A DNA stretch of 64,000 bases from Clostridia bacterium (GTDB lineage: Bacteria; Bacillota; SHA-98; UBA4971). The stretch's first letter is position 1, and every line of letters starts with the position of its first letter. The notes beneath the pieces are model-generated. The model was not told where the DNA came from and did not search any database. It worked only from the letters and a program-made list of their open reading frames with translations. The translations under genes and the position numbers were made by a program. The stretch is from contig JBLNDA010000018.1 of assembly GCA_050261175.1 (NCBI GenBank), forward strand, positions 21,510-85,509, in the 5' to 3' direction. Positions 43,106 through 54,431 of the stretch are shown piece by piece.

Positions 43106-43852
43106 ATGAAATCGCAGGACGTGAAGATGGATGACGATCTTGTTTACGAGGGCAAGGCGAAGCGGGTCTATCGCATGGAGGACCTCCGGTACTATCTCAT
43201 CGAGTTCAAGGACGACGCCACGGCTCAAGACGGCCGCAAGAGGGGGCGGATCCCGGGAAAAGGCGCGGTGAACTGCCAGGTATCGGCTGTGCTCTTCTCA
43301 CACCTGGCGTCGCGCTCCATACCGACGCACTTCATCGAGACCACGAGCGAGAACACAATGGTCGTCCGGAAGCTTTCCATGCTCCCGTTGGAGGTCGTCG
43401 TGAGGAACATCGTGGCTGGCAGCCTAGCAAAGAGGCTTGGGATCGCGGAGGGTACGAAGCCTGCCTTCCCGATGGTGGAGTTCTACTACAAGAACGACGC
43501 GCTCGGTGATCCGCTGGTCGTTGACGACCACATCGTCGCGCTGGGCATCGCCGCGCGGGACGTCGTAGCGAGCCTTCGAGAGGCGTCGTGCGCCGTGAAC
43601 CGGGAGCTCGCGCCCTTCCTCGCGGAGAGGGGGCTGACGCTCGTCGACTTCAAGCTGGAGTTCGGCTGGTGCGACGGCGAGCTTGTGCTCGGGGACGAGA
43701 TCTCTCCCGACACGTGCAGGCTCTGGGACTCCGCAACCGGCGACCGCCTCGACAAGGACCGCTTCAGGCGGGACATGGGAGGCGTCGAGGAAGCGTACGC
43801 GGAGGTGCTCCGGCGGGTCACCGGCACGGATCGCGAGAAGATCTCCGGATAG
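43106..43852 (+). CDS. purC: SAICAR synthetase
   Basis: [27 protein letters not shown] and KLEFG...[14 protein letters not shown] are present. The first 165 codons of track ORF 42611..43852 overlap purE out of frame. Confidence 0.92.
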   Translation: MKSQDVKMDDDLVYEGKAKRVYRMEDLRYYLIEFKDDATAQDGRKRGRIPGKGAVNCQVSAVLFSHLASRSIPTHFIETTSENTMVVRKLSMLPLEVVVRNIVAGSLAKRLGIAEGTKPAFPMVEFYYKNDALGDPLVVDDHIVALGIAARDVVASLREASCAVNRELAPFLAERGLTLVDFKLEFGWCDGELVLGDEISPDTCRLWDSATGDRLDKDRFRRDMGGVEEAYAEVLRRVTGTDREKISG

Positions 43853-43869
43853 GGGGAGGATGAAGGGCC

Positions 43870-44145
43870 ATGCGGTTTAAGGCTCAGGTCAAGGTGACTT
43901 TGAAAGAGTCGATTCTGGACCCGCAGGGGTCCGCCGTGAAGAGGGCGCTCCATGCGATGAGCCACGACAACGTGCTGGACGTGCGCATCGGGAAGCACAT
44001 CGAGATCCTGCTCGCTGCGGACGGCCCGGAGTCGGCGAGGCGCCAAGTCCAGGAGATCGCCGACAAGCTCCTCGCCAACCCTGTCATCGAGAACTTCTCA
44101 TTCGATCTCGCCGAGGGCGGCGAGGCTGGGGGCAGGGCGGGATGA
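43870..44145 (+). CDS. purS: FGAM synthase subunit PurS
   Basis: The small protein [21 protein letters not shown]...[12 protein letters not shown] matches over its full length. Confidence 0.9.
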   Translation: MRFKAQVKVTLKESILDPQGSAVKRALHAMSHDNVLDVRIGKHIEILLAADGPESARRQVQEIADKLLANPVIENFSFDLAEGGEAGGRAG

Positions 44146-44846
44146 AGGTCGGGGTTGTGGTGTTTCCGGGGTCCAACTGCGACGCCGATTGCTATCGCTC
44201 CGTCGAGTCCTTCGGCGTGGAAGTGGGGTACGTTTGGTATCAAGACCGCAAGCTGGATGGGCACGACCTCGTGATCCTGCCGGGTGGGTTCTCGTACGGC
44301 GACTACCTGCGCGCGGGCGCGATAGCGAGGTTCTCCCCGATCATGGATGAGGTCATGGAGTTTGCCGAAGCGGGCGGCCTCGTGCTCGGGATATGCAACG
44401 GGTTTCAGATCCTTCTCGAGTGCGGGTTGCTCCCCGGCGCCATGCTGACGAACGCGGTCCCGAGGTTCAGGTGTGAAGGCGTCCATCTGCGCGTGGAGAA
44501 CGCGCTGACCCCGTTCACACGCCTCTGCCGCCCGGGACAGGTACTGTCAATGCCGATAGCCCACGCCAGCGGCAACTACTATGCGGACGAGGACACCTTG
44601 AGCGAACTCGAGCGGCGAGGCCAGGTGGTGTTCAGGTACGTCGACGAGGAAGGCGTCCCGACGCCCGAAGCCAACCCCAACGGGTCGTGCCGGTCAATCG
44701 CCGGGATAACCAACAGATGGGGAAACGTCCTGGGGATGATGCCCCACCCGGAGCGGGCGTGCGATGCGTTCCTCGGCGGCACGGACGGCAGGTTGGTTTT
44801 CGCGTCAGCCTTCGATTTCCTCACGGGAGGTGCGGAGCGTGGGTGA
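44142..44846 (+). CDS. purQ: FGAM synthase glutaminase subunit PurQ
   Basis: [32 protein letters not shown] (catalytic Cys) and MMPHPER are present. Confidence 0.93.
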   Translation: MKVGVVVFPGSNCDADCYRSVESFGVEVGYVWYQDRKLDGHDLVILPGGFSYGDYLRAGAIARFSPIMDEVMEFAEAGGLVLGICNGFQILLECGLLPGAMLTNAVPRFRCEGVHLRVENALTPFTRLCRPGQVLSMPIAHASGNYYADEDTLSELERRGQVVFRYVDEEGVPTPEANPNGSCRSIAGITNRWGNVLGMMPHPERACDAFLGGTDGRLVFASAFDFLTGGAERG

Positions 44847-47091
44847 GAGAGTCTGGCGGGAGATGGGCCTCGCCGACGAGGAATACGACCGCATCCTAGG
44901 CATCCTCGGCCGCGAGCCCAACCTCGTCGAGCTTGGGATGTTTGCGGTGATGTGGTCAGAGCATTGCAGCTACAAGAACTCCAAGGCGGTGCTCGCCCTC
45001 CTTCCGACTTCCGGGAAGCGCGTGATCCAGGGGCCCGGTGAGAACGCGGGCGTGGTTGACATCGGGGACGGTTTTGCGGCGGTTTTCAAGATCGAGAGCC
45101 ACAACCATCCCTCCGCTGTCGAACCGTACCAGGGCGCGGCGACAGGGGTGGGAGGCATTATCCGCGACATTTTCACGATGGGCGCCCGGCCAATCGCCCT
45201 TCTCGACGCCCTTCGGTTCGGCCCGCTTTCCGACCCCCGGTCGCGGCACCTGTTTACGCAGGTGGTCGCGGGCATAGCGGGCTACGGGAACTCCATCGGC
45301 ATTCCCACTGTCGGAGGAGAGGTGGCGACGCACGAGAGCTTCAAGGAGAGCCCCCTCGTGAACGTCATGTGCGTCGGGGTCGCTCCGGCGTCGGCCATCA
45401 AGAGGTCAGCGGCCAAAGGCGTCGGGAACCCCGTGATGGTGGTGGGCGCTCGCACGGGGCGCGACGGGATGCACGGGGCGACATTCGCGTCCGCCGAGCT
45501 CTCCCCGGAGGCCATGGCGAAGCGTTCCGCCGTCCAGGTGGGGGACCCGTTCATGGAGAAGCTGCTCGTCGAGGCGTGCCTCGAGCTGTACGGAATGGGG
45601 GACGACGTCGTAATCGGCATCCAAGACATGGGCGCGGCGGGGCTCACGTGCTCTTCGTGCGAGATGGCCTCCCGCGGCGGTGTGGGCATGGAGATCGACG
45701 TCGCCAAGGTGCTCAGGCGCGAGGATGGGATGACCCCTTACGAAGTAATGCTTTCGGAGTCGCAAGAGAGGATGCTCGTGGCGGTGCGGACCGGGAGCGA
45801 GCCTCAGGTCGAGCGGGTGTTCAAGAAATGGGGCTTGGAGGCGACCGTCGTAGGCCATGTAACGGACGACGGGATCCTGCGAGTCAGGAACGGCCGCGCC
45901 TTAGCTGCGGAAGTGCCTGCGAAAGCCCTTACGGACATGGCGCCCTGCTACACCAGGGAAGCCAGCGAGCCGGAGTATTTCCGGCGAGAGCAGGGACGTG
46001 ACCTTTCCGGCGTGCCCGAGCCCGGCGATTATGCCCTCGCCCTCATGAGACTCCTGGCCTCGCCCCGCATTGCAAGCAAGGAGTGGGTTTACAGCCAATA
46101 CGACCACCAGGTGGGGACGAACACCGTGGTGCTCCCAGGTCGGGGAACGCCGGTGGTGAGGGTGCCCGGAACGAACAAGGGCCTGGCGCTGACGTGTGAC
46201 GCGAATTCGCTATACTGCTACCTCGATCCGTGGGCCGGCGCCGCCCACGCTGTGGCCGAGGCCGCCCGGAACGTCGCCGCGGCGGGGGCAGAGCCCATAG
46301 GGATCACGGACTGCCTGAATTTCGGCAACCCTGAGAAGCCCGAGGTCTTCTGGCAGTTCAAGAGGGCCGTTGAGGGCATGGCCGAGGCGGCGAAAGCGCT
46401 GGGGATTCCCGTGACCGGCGGCAACGTGAGTTTCTACAACGAGTCTTCGCTGGAAGGATCCACAACGGTGGCGATTCATCCGACCCCGATGGTGGGAATG
46501 GTGGGACTGGTCGAGGACCTCTCCCGCGTGATGACCCCCGGGTTCAAGCGCGAGGGCGATGTCGTGGCGATTCTTGGACGCACCGGCGACGAGATCGGGG
46601 CCAGCGAGTACCTCGCCGAAGTCCACGGGATCGAGGGGGGGCCTGTGCCGGCCGTGGATCTCAGGGCAGAGCGGGCTGCGGTGGAGCTTGCCTTGGCCCT
46701 CATCCGGGGAGGCCTTCTCGCGTCGTGTCACGATCTCTCCGAAGGCGGCATCGCAGTCGCACTCTCAGAAGCGTGCATCTTAGGTGGAAACGGCACGGGA
46801 GCGGGCGCCCGGGTGAGGCTACCCGGCACGATGCGCGCTGACCGCTACCTTTTCAGCGAGTCGGGCGGGCGGATGCTGGTATCGTTCCACCCGTCCTCAA
46901 TAGGCGAGGTTCAGGCAATGGCCGGCCGGCACGGCGTGCCTGTCACCATCCTCGGCGAGGTGGGCGGGATGCGCCTCGTCATCGACGGTGAAGGCCGCGC
47001 CGGGGGACGCGCCGGCAGGCTGCTGGACGTTCCGGTGAGTGAGTTATCAAGGGTGTACCGGGGGGCGATATCATGGGCCCTGGAGTCGTAG
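44839..47091 (+). CDS. purL: FGAM synthase II, large subunit PurL
   Basis: [47 protein letters not shown] and duplicated AIR-synthase-like domains are present. GTG 44839 follows GGGAGGTG and overlaps the purQ stop. Confidence 0.93.
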   Translation: MGERVWREMGLADEEYDRILGILGREPNLVELGMFAVMWSEHCSYKNSKAVLALLPTSGKRVIQGPGENAGVVDIGDGFAAVFKIESHNHPSAVEPYQGAATGVGGIIRDIFTMGARPIALLDALRFGPLSDPRSRHLFTQVVAGIAGYGNSIGIPTVGGEVATHESFKESPLVNVMCVGVAPASAIKRSAAKGVGNPVMVVGARTGRDGMHGATFASAELSPEAMAKRSAVQVGDPFMEKLLVEACLELYGMGDDVVIGIQDMGAAGLTCSSCEMASRGGVGMEIDVAKVLRREDGMTPYEVMLSESQERMLVAVRTGSEPQVERVFKKWGLEATVVGHVTDDGILRVRNGRALAAEVPAKALTDMAPCYTREASEPEYFRREQGRDLSGVPEPGDYALALMRLLASPRIASKEWVYSQYDHQVGTNTVVLPGRGTPVVRVPGTNKGLALTCDANSLYCYLDPWAGAAHAVAEAARNVAAAGAEPIGITDCLNFGNPEKPEVFWQFKRAVEGMAEAAKALGIPVTGGNVSFYNESSLEGSTTVAIHPTPMVGMVGLVEDLSRVMTPGFKREGDVVAILGRTGDEIGASEYLAEVHGIEGGPVPAVDLRAERAAVELALALIRGGLLASCHDLSEGGIAVALSEACILGGNGTGAGARVRLPGTMRADRYLFSESGGRMLVSFHPSSIGEVQAMAGRHGVPVTILGEVGGMRLVIDGEGRAGGRAGRLLDVPVSELSRVYRGAISWALES

Positions 47092-49622
47092 ACAGGGTTT
47101 TCGGCGTGCCAGGATGGCCTTTGGATTGGCGCGAGCAGTGCGGCGTCATCGGGGTGATGACAGGCATGGGCGGGCGCGCCTCGGAGCTTGCGCTGTACGG
47201 ATTGCACGCGCTCCAGCACAGGGGGCAGGAAAGCGCGGGACTGGCCGCTTCGTCCGGCACGGGAACGGGCATTCGTCTCCACAAGTCCATGGGCCTCGTA
47301 TCCGAGGCTTTCTGCAACGGCGCGGTGGAGGGTCTCAAAGGAAACGTGGCCATCGGCCACGTCCGCTATTCGACGGCAGGTTCCACCGGGATAACCGACG
47401 CTCAGCCCCTCGTATTCCACTACCCCTGGGGGGACCTGGCGCTAGCCCACAACGGAAACGTGGTCAACGCTGACGCCCTACGAGACTCTCTCGGCATGTC
47501 GGGGTCGGTGTTCCAAACCACTGTGGACACGGAGGTCATTGGGTGCCTCCTCGCGAGATACTCCCAGAACGACCTGGAGGACGCCCTGTTGAAGTGTATG
47601 ATCGACCTGGAGGGCGCGTACTCTGTCGTGCTCATGACAGAAACCAGGCTCATCGGCATGCGGGACCCGCACGGGTTCAGACCCCTCTGCATAGGTACCC
47701 TGCCGTCCGGCGGCTTCGTGCTCGCCTCGGAGTCGTGCGCCCTGGACGTCGTGGGAGCCGAGCTCGTCCGCGATGTGGAGCCGGGGGAGATCGTGCTCAT
47801 CGACGCGGAAGGCATGAGGTCGGTTCACGGGCCTAGATCCCCCAGGCGCGCGACGTGCGTTTTCGAGTACATCTACTTTGCCAGGCCTGACAGCGTGATC
47901 GAAGGGATCAACGTGAGCGAGGCCAGGTATGAGATGGGCCGCGTGCTGGCCGAGGAGCACGACCTGGACGGCGACGTGGTCGTTCCGGTGCCGGAGTCAG
48001 GGGTCGCGGCGGGCCTCGGTTTCTCCCGGGGAAGCGGTATACCCTTCGAGTACGGGCTCGTCAAGAACAGGTACCTAGGCCGGACCTTCATCCAACCAAC
48101 GCAGGGTGAGAGGAGCCTCGGGGTGAGGTTGAAACTCAACGCCGTGCGGCGTCTGGTGCAGGGCAAGCGCGTACTTCTCGTGGACGATTCCATCGTCAGG
48201 GGCACGACCAGTGCCAGGCTGGTGAGGCTTCTGCGCGAAGCGGGCGCGAGGAGCGTCGGCCTGGTCGTGGCGTCGCCCCCGGTGGCTTACCCATGCTTCT
48301 ACGGTATCGACACTTCCAGACGGGGCGACCGGCTGGCCGCCTCCGGCGGCGAGGACTTCGTGCTCGCCCTGACCGGGGCGGATACCCTCCATTACCTGAG
48401 CCGGGAGGGTCTCTTGGAAGCCATGAGGCGGGCAGCGGACGGTGGTGGCCGTGATGAAACGGGGTTCTGCCTGGCGTGTTTCGACGGGGATTACCCGGTG
48501 CGGGCGGAAGGAAGCGCGGGTCAGGCGAGCGCTCCGGCGAGCAAGGGAGCGCCGAAGACCGCGGTGGCGTCGGGCAGCGTCTCAAGGGCTACGTACGCCG
48601 CCGCCGGTGTGGACATCGACCGTGGAGCGAGAGCGGTCGAGCTCATCCGGCACGCCGTGGCTTCCACGTTCGATGGCGGCGTCGTGGGAGGGATCGGAGG
48701 GTTCGGCGGGGTGTACAGGCTGGGCACGGCCGGGTCGCCCGGCGACGATACGCTGCTGGTAGCCGGAGCCGACGGCGTCGGCACGAAGCTGCGCGTGGCC
48801 ATCGAGGCCGGGAGGCACGACACCATCGGCATCGACGCCGTGGCCATGTGCGTGAACGATGTGCTCACGTGCGGCGCGCGACCGCTCTTCTTCCTGGACT
48901 ACCTCGCGCAGTCGAGGATAGACCCGGAGAAGATCGCCAGCATCGTCTCGGGGATGGCCGAGGGCTGCAGGCGGGCCGGGTGCGCTCTGCTCGGAGGGGA
49001 GACCGCTGAGATGCCGGGGTTCTATTCCGACGGCGACTACGATGTGGCCGGGTTCGCAGTCGGGATCGTGGACCGCGACCGTTTCGTGGACGGCACCGCC
49101 ATTGAGCCCGGGGACGTCCTCATCGGTCTTGCGTCGTCAGGCCTCCACAGCAATGGGTTCTCCCTCGCGCGGCACGTCCTCTTTGAAGTCGCGGGGCTGG
49201 GGCTCCATGACGAACCGGAGGGCCTCGGGCGCCGGCTCTGGGAGGAACTCCTCGAGCCCACCAGGATCTACGTGAGGCCGGTCCTGGAGCTGGCGGCCGA
49301 GGTCCCGATATGCGGCATGGCCCATATCACGGGAGGGGGGCTCGTCGACAATCCCCCGAGGATGCTCCCGCCAGGCCTCGGCCTGAGGTTCCGGACAGGG
49401 TCGTGGCCCGTTCCACCCATTTTCGGTCTAGTCCAGAGGCTCGGAAACGTGGACGGCCGCGAAATGATGCGGACCTTCAACATGGGCATCGGCTTCGTGA
49501 TCGCGGTGAAGCCCCGGCACGTCTCGCGGGCCGTGGAGATCCTGCAAGCGGAGGGCGAGCATTGCTATTTGGTGGGAGAGGTCGTCCCGGGCAACGGGGA
49601 GGTGACCTTCGTCGATGGATGA
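47073..49622 (+). CDS. purF/purM: Single ORF encoding amidophosphoribosyltransferase (PurF, ~aa 1-475) fused in frame to AIR synthetase (PurM, ~aa 505-849)
   Basis: The PurF domain has the Ntn Cys in [17 protein letters not shown], the PRPP loop [13 protein letters not shown] and [11 protein letters not shown] ~28-aa Ala/Ser/Gly linker follows with no stop codon. The PurM domain then has [22 protein letters not shown] and DYLA...GGETAEMPG. Confidence 0.85.
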   Translation: MGPGVVDRVFGVPGWPLDWREQCGVIGVMTGMGGRASELALYGLHALQHRGQESAGLAASSGTGTGIRLHKSMGLVSEAFCNGAVEGLKGNVAIGHVRYSTAGSTGITDAQPLVFHYPWGDLALAHNGNVVNADALRDSLGMSGSVFQTTVDTEVIGCLLARYSQNDLEDALLKCMIDLEGAYSVVLMTETRLIGMRDPHGFRPLCIGTLPSGGFVLASESCALDVVGAELVRDVEPGEIVLIDAEGMRSVHGPRSPRRATCVFEYIYFARPDSVIEGINVSEARYEMGRVLAEEHDLDGDVVVPVPESGVAAGLGFSRGSGIPFEYGLVKNRYLGRTFIQPTQGERSLGVRLKLNAVRRLVQGKRVLLVDDSIVRGTTSARLVRLLREAGARSVGLVVASPPVAYPCFYGIDTSRRGDRLAASGGEDFVLALTGADTLHYLSREGLLEAMRRAADGGGRDETGFCLACFDGDYPVRAEGSAGQASAPASKGAPKTAVASGSVSRATYAAAGVDIDRGARAVELIRHAVASTFDGGVVGGIGGFGGVYRLGTAGSPGDDTLLVAGADGVGTKLRVAIEAGRHDTIGIDAVAMCVNDVLTCGARPLFFLDYLAQSRIDPEKIASIVSGMAEGCRRAGCALLGGETAEMPGFYSDGDYDVAGFAVGIVDRDRFVDGTAIEPGDVLIGLASSGLHSNGFSLARHVLFEVAGLGLHDEPEGLGRRLWEELLEPTRIYVRPVLELAAEVPICGMAHITGGGLVDNPPRMLPPGLGLRFRTGSWPVPPIFGLVQRLGNVDGREMMRTFNMGIGFVIAVKPRHVSRAVEILQAEGEHCYLVGEVVPGNGEVTFVDG

Positions 49623-50229
49623 AACATTCAGCATCGTCGTGATGGCCTCGGGTCGGGGGACGAACTTTCAAGCCATAATCGACGCCGCGGGGCGCGGGAG
49701 ACTGCAAGCCCGGGTGGCGGGCCTCGTGTGCGACAACCCCGGCGCGCTCGCGCTCGGGAGGGCGGCCGCCCACGGTGTACCGTGCGCGGTGGTCGTACGC
49801 GAGGCTTACCCCTCCAGAGACGCGTTCGAGCGCGCGCTGGTGTGCGCGGTGAGGGAGTTTGACCCGGACCTCGTCGTGCTCGCGGGCTTCATGAGGGTCC
49901 TGGGAAGGACGTTCCTCGAGGCGTTTCCGGGCCGAATCATCAATATACACCCGTCGCTGCTCCCGGCGTTCCGAGGCCTGGAGGCTCAACGTCAGGCGCT
50001 GGAGTACGGCGTGAAATACAGCGGTTGCACGGTGCATTTCGTCGACGCGGGGGTGGACACGGGCCCGATAATCGGCCAGCGCGTGGTGCCCGTGATGCCG
50101 GATGACACCGTGGAGTCGCTCTCCGCCCGGATTCTCGAGCAGGAGCACGAGCTCCTCGTGGAGTGCATCGGAGCCATCGCTGAAGGCAGGGTGAGGGCTG
50201 AGGGGAGAAGGATCCTGGTCGACGGGTGA
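49615..50229 (+). CDS. purN: Phosphoribosylglycinamide formyltransferase
   Basis: [26 protein letters not shown] and [17 protein letters not shown] are present. Confidence 0.93.
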   Translation: MDETFSIVVMASGRGTNFQAIIDAAGRGRLQARVAGLVCDNPGALALGRAAAHGVPCAVVVREAYPSRDAFERALVCAVREFDPDLVVLAGFMRVLGRTFLEAFPGRIINIHPSLLPAFRGLEAQRQALEYGVKYSGCTVHFVDAGVDTGPIIGQRVVPVMPDDTVESLSARILEQEHELLVECIGAIAEGRVRAEGRRILVDG

Positions 50230-50280
50230 AGCCGTGGTGGCGTCTCCTTCCCCGGCGTTCGATTCAGCATTGACACGGAG

Positions 50281-51993
50281 GTGGACGGAGTGGAGGCACG
50301 CAGGGCGATCATCAGCGTTCACGACAAGACCGGCGTTGTGGAGTTCGCAAAGGCTCTGACCGGGCTGGGGTACGAGATCGTATCAACGGGTGGCACCGCC
50401 GCCGTTCTCGAAGGGGCTGGAGTGGCCGTAACGCGTGTGTCGGACGTGACGGGCTTTCCCGAGATACTCGGAGGCAGAGTGAAGACGTTGCACCCGGCGG
50501 TGCACGCAGGGATACTGGCGCGCCGCACGCCGGGGCACGAGGACGAGCTCCGCAAGCTCGGCATAGGGTTCGTCGACATCGTGGCGGTGAACCTGTATCC
50601 GTTCGTCGAGACAGTGACAAAACCCGACGTCACACTCGAAGACGCCGTGGAGAACATCGACATCGGCGGCCCGACGATGGTGCGCGCGGCCGCCAAGAAC
50701 TTCGAACGCGTGACGGTCGTGACTGACCCGACGAAATACGCCGAGGTCGTGTCGGAGCTCCAGTCGCTGGGGGAGGTGTCGCCCCACACCCGGATGCGCC
50801 TTGCCGCGGAGGCATTCCGGCACACGTCCGAGTACGACCGCGCGGTGGCTGAGTTCCTTGGACGAAAAGCGGACGCGGCAAAGACTTCTGAGGACGGACA
50901 GGCACCAGGGGCCATCGCGACAGCGGCAGCAGAGGACCGGACTCGCACGGATCCTTGCCGGGGCGCGTGCCGAGGGCGGCTTTTCGGGGACGATGGGGAA
51001 GGCGGCGAGCCAGGTGACCGTTCCGAAGACGGTGGGGCTCTCGCGGATACACTGTGGATACGGGGTGCCAAGGTGTCCGACCTCCGGTACGGCGAGAACC
51101 CGCACCAGAGGGCAGCGTTCTACGCGCTCGAAGGTCTGGCGGGGAGGGGTCTTGCCGCGGCGCGGCAGGTGCAGGGCAAGGCGCTCTCGTTCAACAACAT
51201 CCTCGACGCGGACGCTGCCCTGCGGATAATGAGGGAGTTCACCGAGCCCGTCGCGGTCGTCATAAAGCACACGAATCCTTGCGGCGTGGCGGTGGGTGGC
51301 GACCTCGCCGGCGCGTACGTGAAGGCGCGGGAGGCCGACGGCGTCTCCGCGTTCGGGAGCGTGGTCGGCTTGGGCGGGATCGTGACGGAGGACGTGGCGG
51401 CGAGACTCGTGGAGACGTTCGTCGAGGTGGTCCTCGCCTGGGACGTCGCAGACGAAGCACTCCCCATCCTCGCCACCAAACCCAACCTTCGGGTGCTTGT
51501 CGTGCCCGGGAATGGTCCCGCGGGTGCGGGAGCCGGCATCGACGTTCGCTGGGTGGACGGGGGCTTCCTGGTGCAGCAAGCGGATGTCGCTTGCGACGAG
51601 GACAAGCGCGGTGTTCGTGTGGTGACGGCGAGGAGGCCAAGCGTTCAGGAGGCGAAATGGCTCCTCCACGCCATGCGGGTGGCGAAACACGTGAAGTCCA
51701 ACGCTATCGTTCTATGGAAGGATGACGTCACCGTGGGCGTGGGAGCGGGCCAGATGAACCGGGTGGGTTCCGTGAGGATAGCGGCCGCCCACGCGGGCCC
51801 GAACGCCAGAGGCGCGGTGCTGGCGTCGGATGCTTTCTTCCCGTTCAGGGACGGCATAGACGAGGCCGCCAAGGCGGGCGTCACCGCCGTCATCCAACCC
51901 GGCGGGTCGCTTCGGGACAAGGAGTGCGTCGAGGCCGCGAACGAACACGGCATGGCCATGGTCTTCACAGGCGTCCGGCACTTCCGGCATTGA
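50281..51993 (+). CDS. purH: Bifunctional AICAR transformylase / IMP cyclohydrolase (with ~60-aa inter-domain insertion)
   Basis: AIISVHDKTG, GGRVKTLHP, DIGGPTMVRAAAKN, YGENPHQ, HTNPCG and IQPGGSLRD are present. Confidence 0.93.
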   Translation: MDGVEARRAIISVHDKTGVVEFAKALTGLGYEIVSTGGTAAVLEGAGVAVTRVSDVTGFPEILGGRVKTLHPAVHAGILARRTPGHEDELRKLGIGFVDIVAVNLYPFVETVTKPDVTLEDAVENIDIGGPTMVRAAAKNFERVTVVTDPTKYAEVVSELQSLGEVSPHTRMRLAAEAFRHTSEYDRAVAEFLGRKADAAKTSEDGQAPGAIATAAAEDRTRTDPCRGACRGRLFGDDGEGGEPGDRSEDGGALADTLWIRGAKVSDLRYGENPHQRAAFYALEGLAGRGLAAARQVQGKALSFNNILDADAALRIMREFTEPVAVVIKHTNPCGVAVGGDLAGAYVKAREADGVSAFGSVVGLGGIVTEDVAARLVETFVEVVLAWDVADEALPILATKPNLRVLVVPGNGPAGAGAGIDVRWVDGGFLVQQADVACDEDKRGVRVVTARRPSVQEAKWLLHAMRVAKHVKSNAIVLWKDDVTVGVGAGQMNRVGSVRIAAAHAGPNARGAVLASDAFFPFRDGIDEAAKAGVTAVIQPGGSLRDKECVEAANEHGMAMVFTGVRHFRH

Positions 51994-52142
51994 GGCGAAT
52001 CGCGCGCGCGTCTTGAAGGAGCGCGCGCCGCACGCGCGGCACTGGCAGGGGGGCGCCCATGTCCGGGGTCGCCGCGGCGCCGTCGCGGGCGCGGCCCAGC
52101 CGGCAGGAAGTCGATGTGGCGCAGGCAAAGGGGATGAGAGTG

Positions 52143-53420
52143 ATGACGACCAGACTGAAACGGGACGGCCTGAGCGTTCTCGTGGTGGGCGGAGGGGGAA
52201 GAGAGCATGCCCTCGTATGGAAACTCGCGTCGAGCCCCCGGGTCGCCCGGGTGTACGCCGCTCCAGGCAACCCCGGTATCGCCCGGATTGCGTCGTGCGT
52301 GCCTATCCCCGCGAGCGACACGGCTGCCCTTGCGCGCTTCGCGGCGGAGAGGCGCGTGGACATCACTGTCGTGGGGCCGGAGGTTCCACTTGCCCTCGGG
52401 ATAGCGGATGAGTTCGCCCGGCTGGGGCTCGCGGTCTTCGGACCGACGAAGCCGGCCGCGGAGATCGAGTCAAGCAAGGCCTGGGCGAAGGAGTTCATGT
52501 CGAGACACGGAATCCCCACCGCGGGTTACCGTGTCTTCGCGGATGAGGACGCGGCCAGGGCTTTCGTCCGGCGGAGCGGAGGCCCCGTTGTCGTGAAGGC
52601 CGACGGCCTTGCCGCAGGCAAGGGCGTCATCGTCGCTCGTACGGCGGAGGAAGCGGAGAACGCTGTCCGGACCGTGGCATCGCTTGGGGCGGGACGCGCC
52701 ATCGTCGTCGAGGACTTCCTCACCGGGCGGGAGATGAGCTTCTTCGCCGTCACGGACGGCGAGACCTCACTGCCACTGCTTTCTGCGCGGGACCACAAGC
52801 GAGCCGGGGACGGCGACGCCGGCCCGAATACCGGGGGCATGGGCGCGGTAGCGCCCGCTCCCGGGTTCGACGAGAGTCTGGAATCCAGGATCATGTCGGA
52901 GATAATCGAACCTGCCGTGAAGGGGCTGGCGAGGGAGGGCAGGCGCTACGTGGGCGTGCTTTACGCCGGGCTCATGCTCACCCCGTCGGGTCCGAAAGTC
53001 CTCGAGTTCAACGCGAGGCTGGGCGACCCCGAGACGCAGGCCATCCTTCCCATGATGGAGTCGGACCTCGTCGACCTGATCGAGGCGGCTATCGAGGGGG
53101 AGGGCCTGAGCCCCGGCGTGGTGAGGTGGCGACCGGGGGCGAGCGCGTGCGTGGTCCTTGCGTCACAAGGGTACCCTGAAAAGCCGCGCGTCGGCGACGA
53201 GATCCGCGTCGATGAGGCGGGCCTCGGCGCAGCGGACGTCCTTCTGTTCCACTCGGGCACGAGGTTCGATGGAGACCGTCTTGTCACGTCGGGCGGGCGC
53301 GTGCTGAACGTAGTGGCTAGGGGAGCGTCGATCCAAGAGGCGGCGGACCGTGCGTACCAAGGAACGCGCCACGTGGAGTTCCGGGGGATGTGGTGCCGCA
53401 GGGACATCGGCAGGCGGTAG
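52143..53420 (+). CDS. purD: Phosphoribosylamine--glycine ligase
   Basis: VLVVGGGGREHALVWKL, the ATP-grasp VVKADGLAAGKGV, and EFNARLGDPETQ are present. The ORF opens at 52059, and ATG 52143 (or 52134) follows AAAGGGG. Confidence 0.92.
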   Translation: MTTRLKRDGLSVLVVGGGGREHALVWKLASSPRVARVYAAPGNPGIARIASCVPIPASDTAALARFAAERRVDITVVGPEVPLALGIADEFARLGLAVFGPTKPAAEIESSKAWAKEFMSRHGIPTAGYRVFADEDAARAFVRRSGGPVVVKADGLAAGKGVIVARTAEEAENAVRTVASLGAGRAIVVEDFLTGREMSFFAVTDGETSLPLLSARDHKRAGDGDAGPNTGGMGAVAPAPGFDESLESRIMSEIIEPAVKGLAREGRRYVGVLYAGLMLTPSGPKVLEFNARLGDPETQAILPMMESDLVDLIEAAIEGEGLSPGVVRWRPGASACVVLASQGYPEKPRVGDEIRVDEAGLGAADVLLFHSGTRFDGDRLVTSGGRVLNVVARGASIQEAADRAYQGTRHVEFRGMWCRRDIGRR

Positions 53421-53663
53421 GGAACGGTTGCGAGGATTCTGGCGAGCCCGACGGGGCATGATAGTTGCGGAGAGGTATCACCCCCGCGGACACGCACGAT
53501 GGAAAGCCTGAAGCCGAGCGGGCGACACGGCGAGGCTCCGCGCGGCTCTGCTTCATGACGCCGCGGGCCGCGAACGTTCCGCGAGGTTCGCGGCGCGCAG
53601 GCGTCGCGCCATCCGAAAGAGCCTCCCGGCGCGTGGCGTGCGGGGAACATGGAGGGGAATCTC

Positions 53664-53885
53664 ATGGCAGCCGATGTAGGCAGGACCGGCAAGGTGCCCG
53701 CAAAGCCCGTCCGTGTGGCGAGGGAAACGGGGGAAGCCAGGGAAATCATGGCTCGTGAAGCCAATAAACCCAGCGGCACCCCGCGCGGCCGGGAATCCTC
53801 GTCTCAGAAGGTCCAGGTGAGAGGGGTCCACCAGCATGGGACGAGCAAGGACCGGAAGACCCCGATGGAGGACAAGATCCGCTGA
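53664..53885 (+). CDS. Possible small basic hydrophilic protein (73 aa), no family recognised
   Basis: The ATG is preceded by GGAGGGG at 6-7 nt. The product is Lys/Glu/Arg-rich with mostly G/C third positions, unlike the Arg/Pro/Ala filler ORFs. It is the only plausible CDS in the purD-kdd spacer. Confidence 0.35.
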   Translation: MAADVGRTGKVPAKPVRVARETGEAREIMAREANKPSGTPRGRESSSQKVQVRGVHQHGTSKDRKTPMEDKIR

Positions 53886-54041
53886 CGCCGCCACATTCAT
53901 TGCCTCACCGAGCCCGCGTCGAGCCCTCACCCTGCACCAGGCGCCCGCACTATCGTCCGTTGGGGAACTGCGAGGCATCACGAAGACCTGACTCGCTTAG
54001 CTCCTTCCTGCCCTCCCCGACTCGGCCCCGCGCCGCGACGG

Positions 54042-54075
54042 CCGCAGCGTCCGACCGCAGCGTCCGACCGCAGCG
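54042..54075. repeat. 13-bp tandem repeat CCGCAGCGTCCGA x2.6
   Basis: The copies are seen directly at 54042-54054, 54055-54067 and a partial copy at 54068-54075, in the non-coding spacer. Confidence 0.8.
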
Positions 54076-54422
54076 GGGGCGCCACACTCGATCCCGGTTC
54101 TCCCTACGAGGTTCTCCTTGCACGCGCAGCCTCGCGATGGCATCATGGACGCGCGGGCTCGATCCTGCGCCGTCCCTCCTTCCGCTTGGGCTGTGTGGCC
54201 GCCGTGCGGCCGCCGCTTCGCGCGGCGCCGCGGCGCGCGCCCGCACGTCCACTCCGGGCGTCCGGTCGGGGTCGCTGGGCGGCGCGGTGAGAGAGTGCCG
54301 AATAATGGGCAAGTGCCGAAGGTTAGGCGCGCAATGGCCAACACGAGACGGACCCCGCTGAAAGAAACCGCGTCTTTCGCCCGCTTTCGCGATCATGCTG
54401 GCCGTGCGCGCGGCACGCAGTT

Positions 54423-54431
54423 TGCTATAAT
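54423..54431 (+). promoter_or_regulatory. Extended -10 promoter element TGCTATAAT ahead of the lysine-fermentation operon
   Basis: TGnTATAAT is at 54423-54431. There is no good -35. It lies ~125 nt upstream of the kdd start. Confidence 0.45.

Noticed and set aside
53553-53981. A 142-aa minus-strand ORF in the purD-kdd spacer
   Set aside because: It has Arg/Pro/Gly/Ala-rich filler composition, and the nearest SD-like motif is ~20 nt from the start. It is antisense to the more plausible Lys/Glu-rich 73-aa + strand ORF.
54280-54370. A lysine (L-box) riboswitch upstream of the lysine-fermentation operon
   Set aside because: Only GTGCCGAAGG and GCTGAAAG resemble L-box blocks. They occur in the wrong order, and the AGAGGCGC and GAGTA elements and the five-helix layout are missing. 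The segment also lies upstream of the only promoter-like element.
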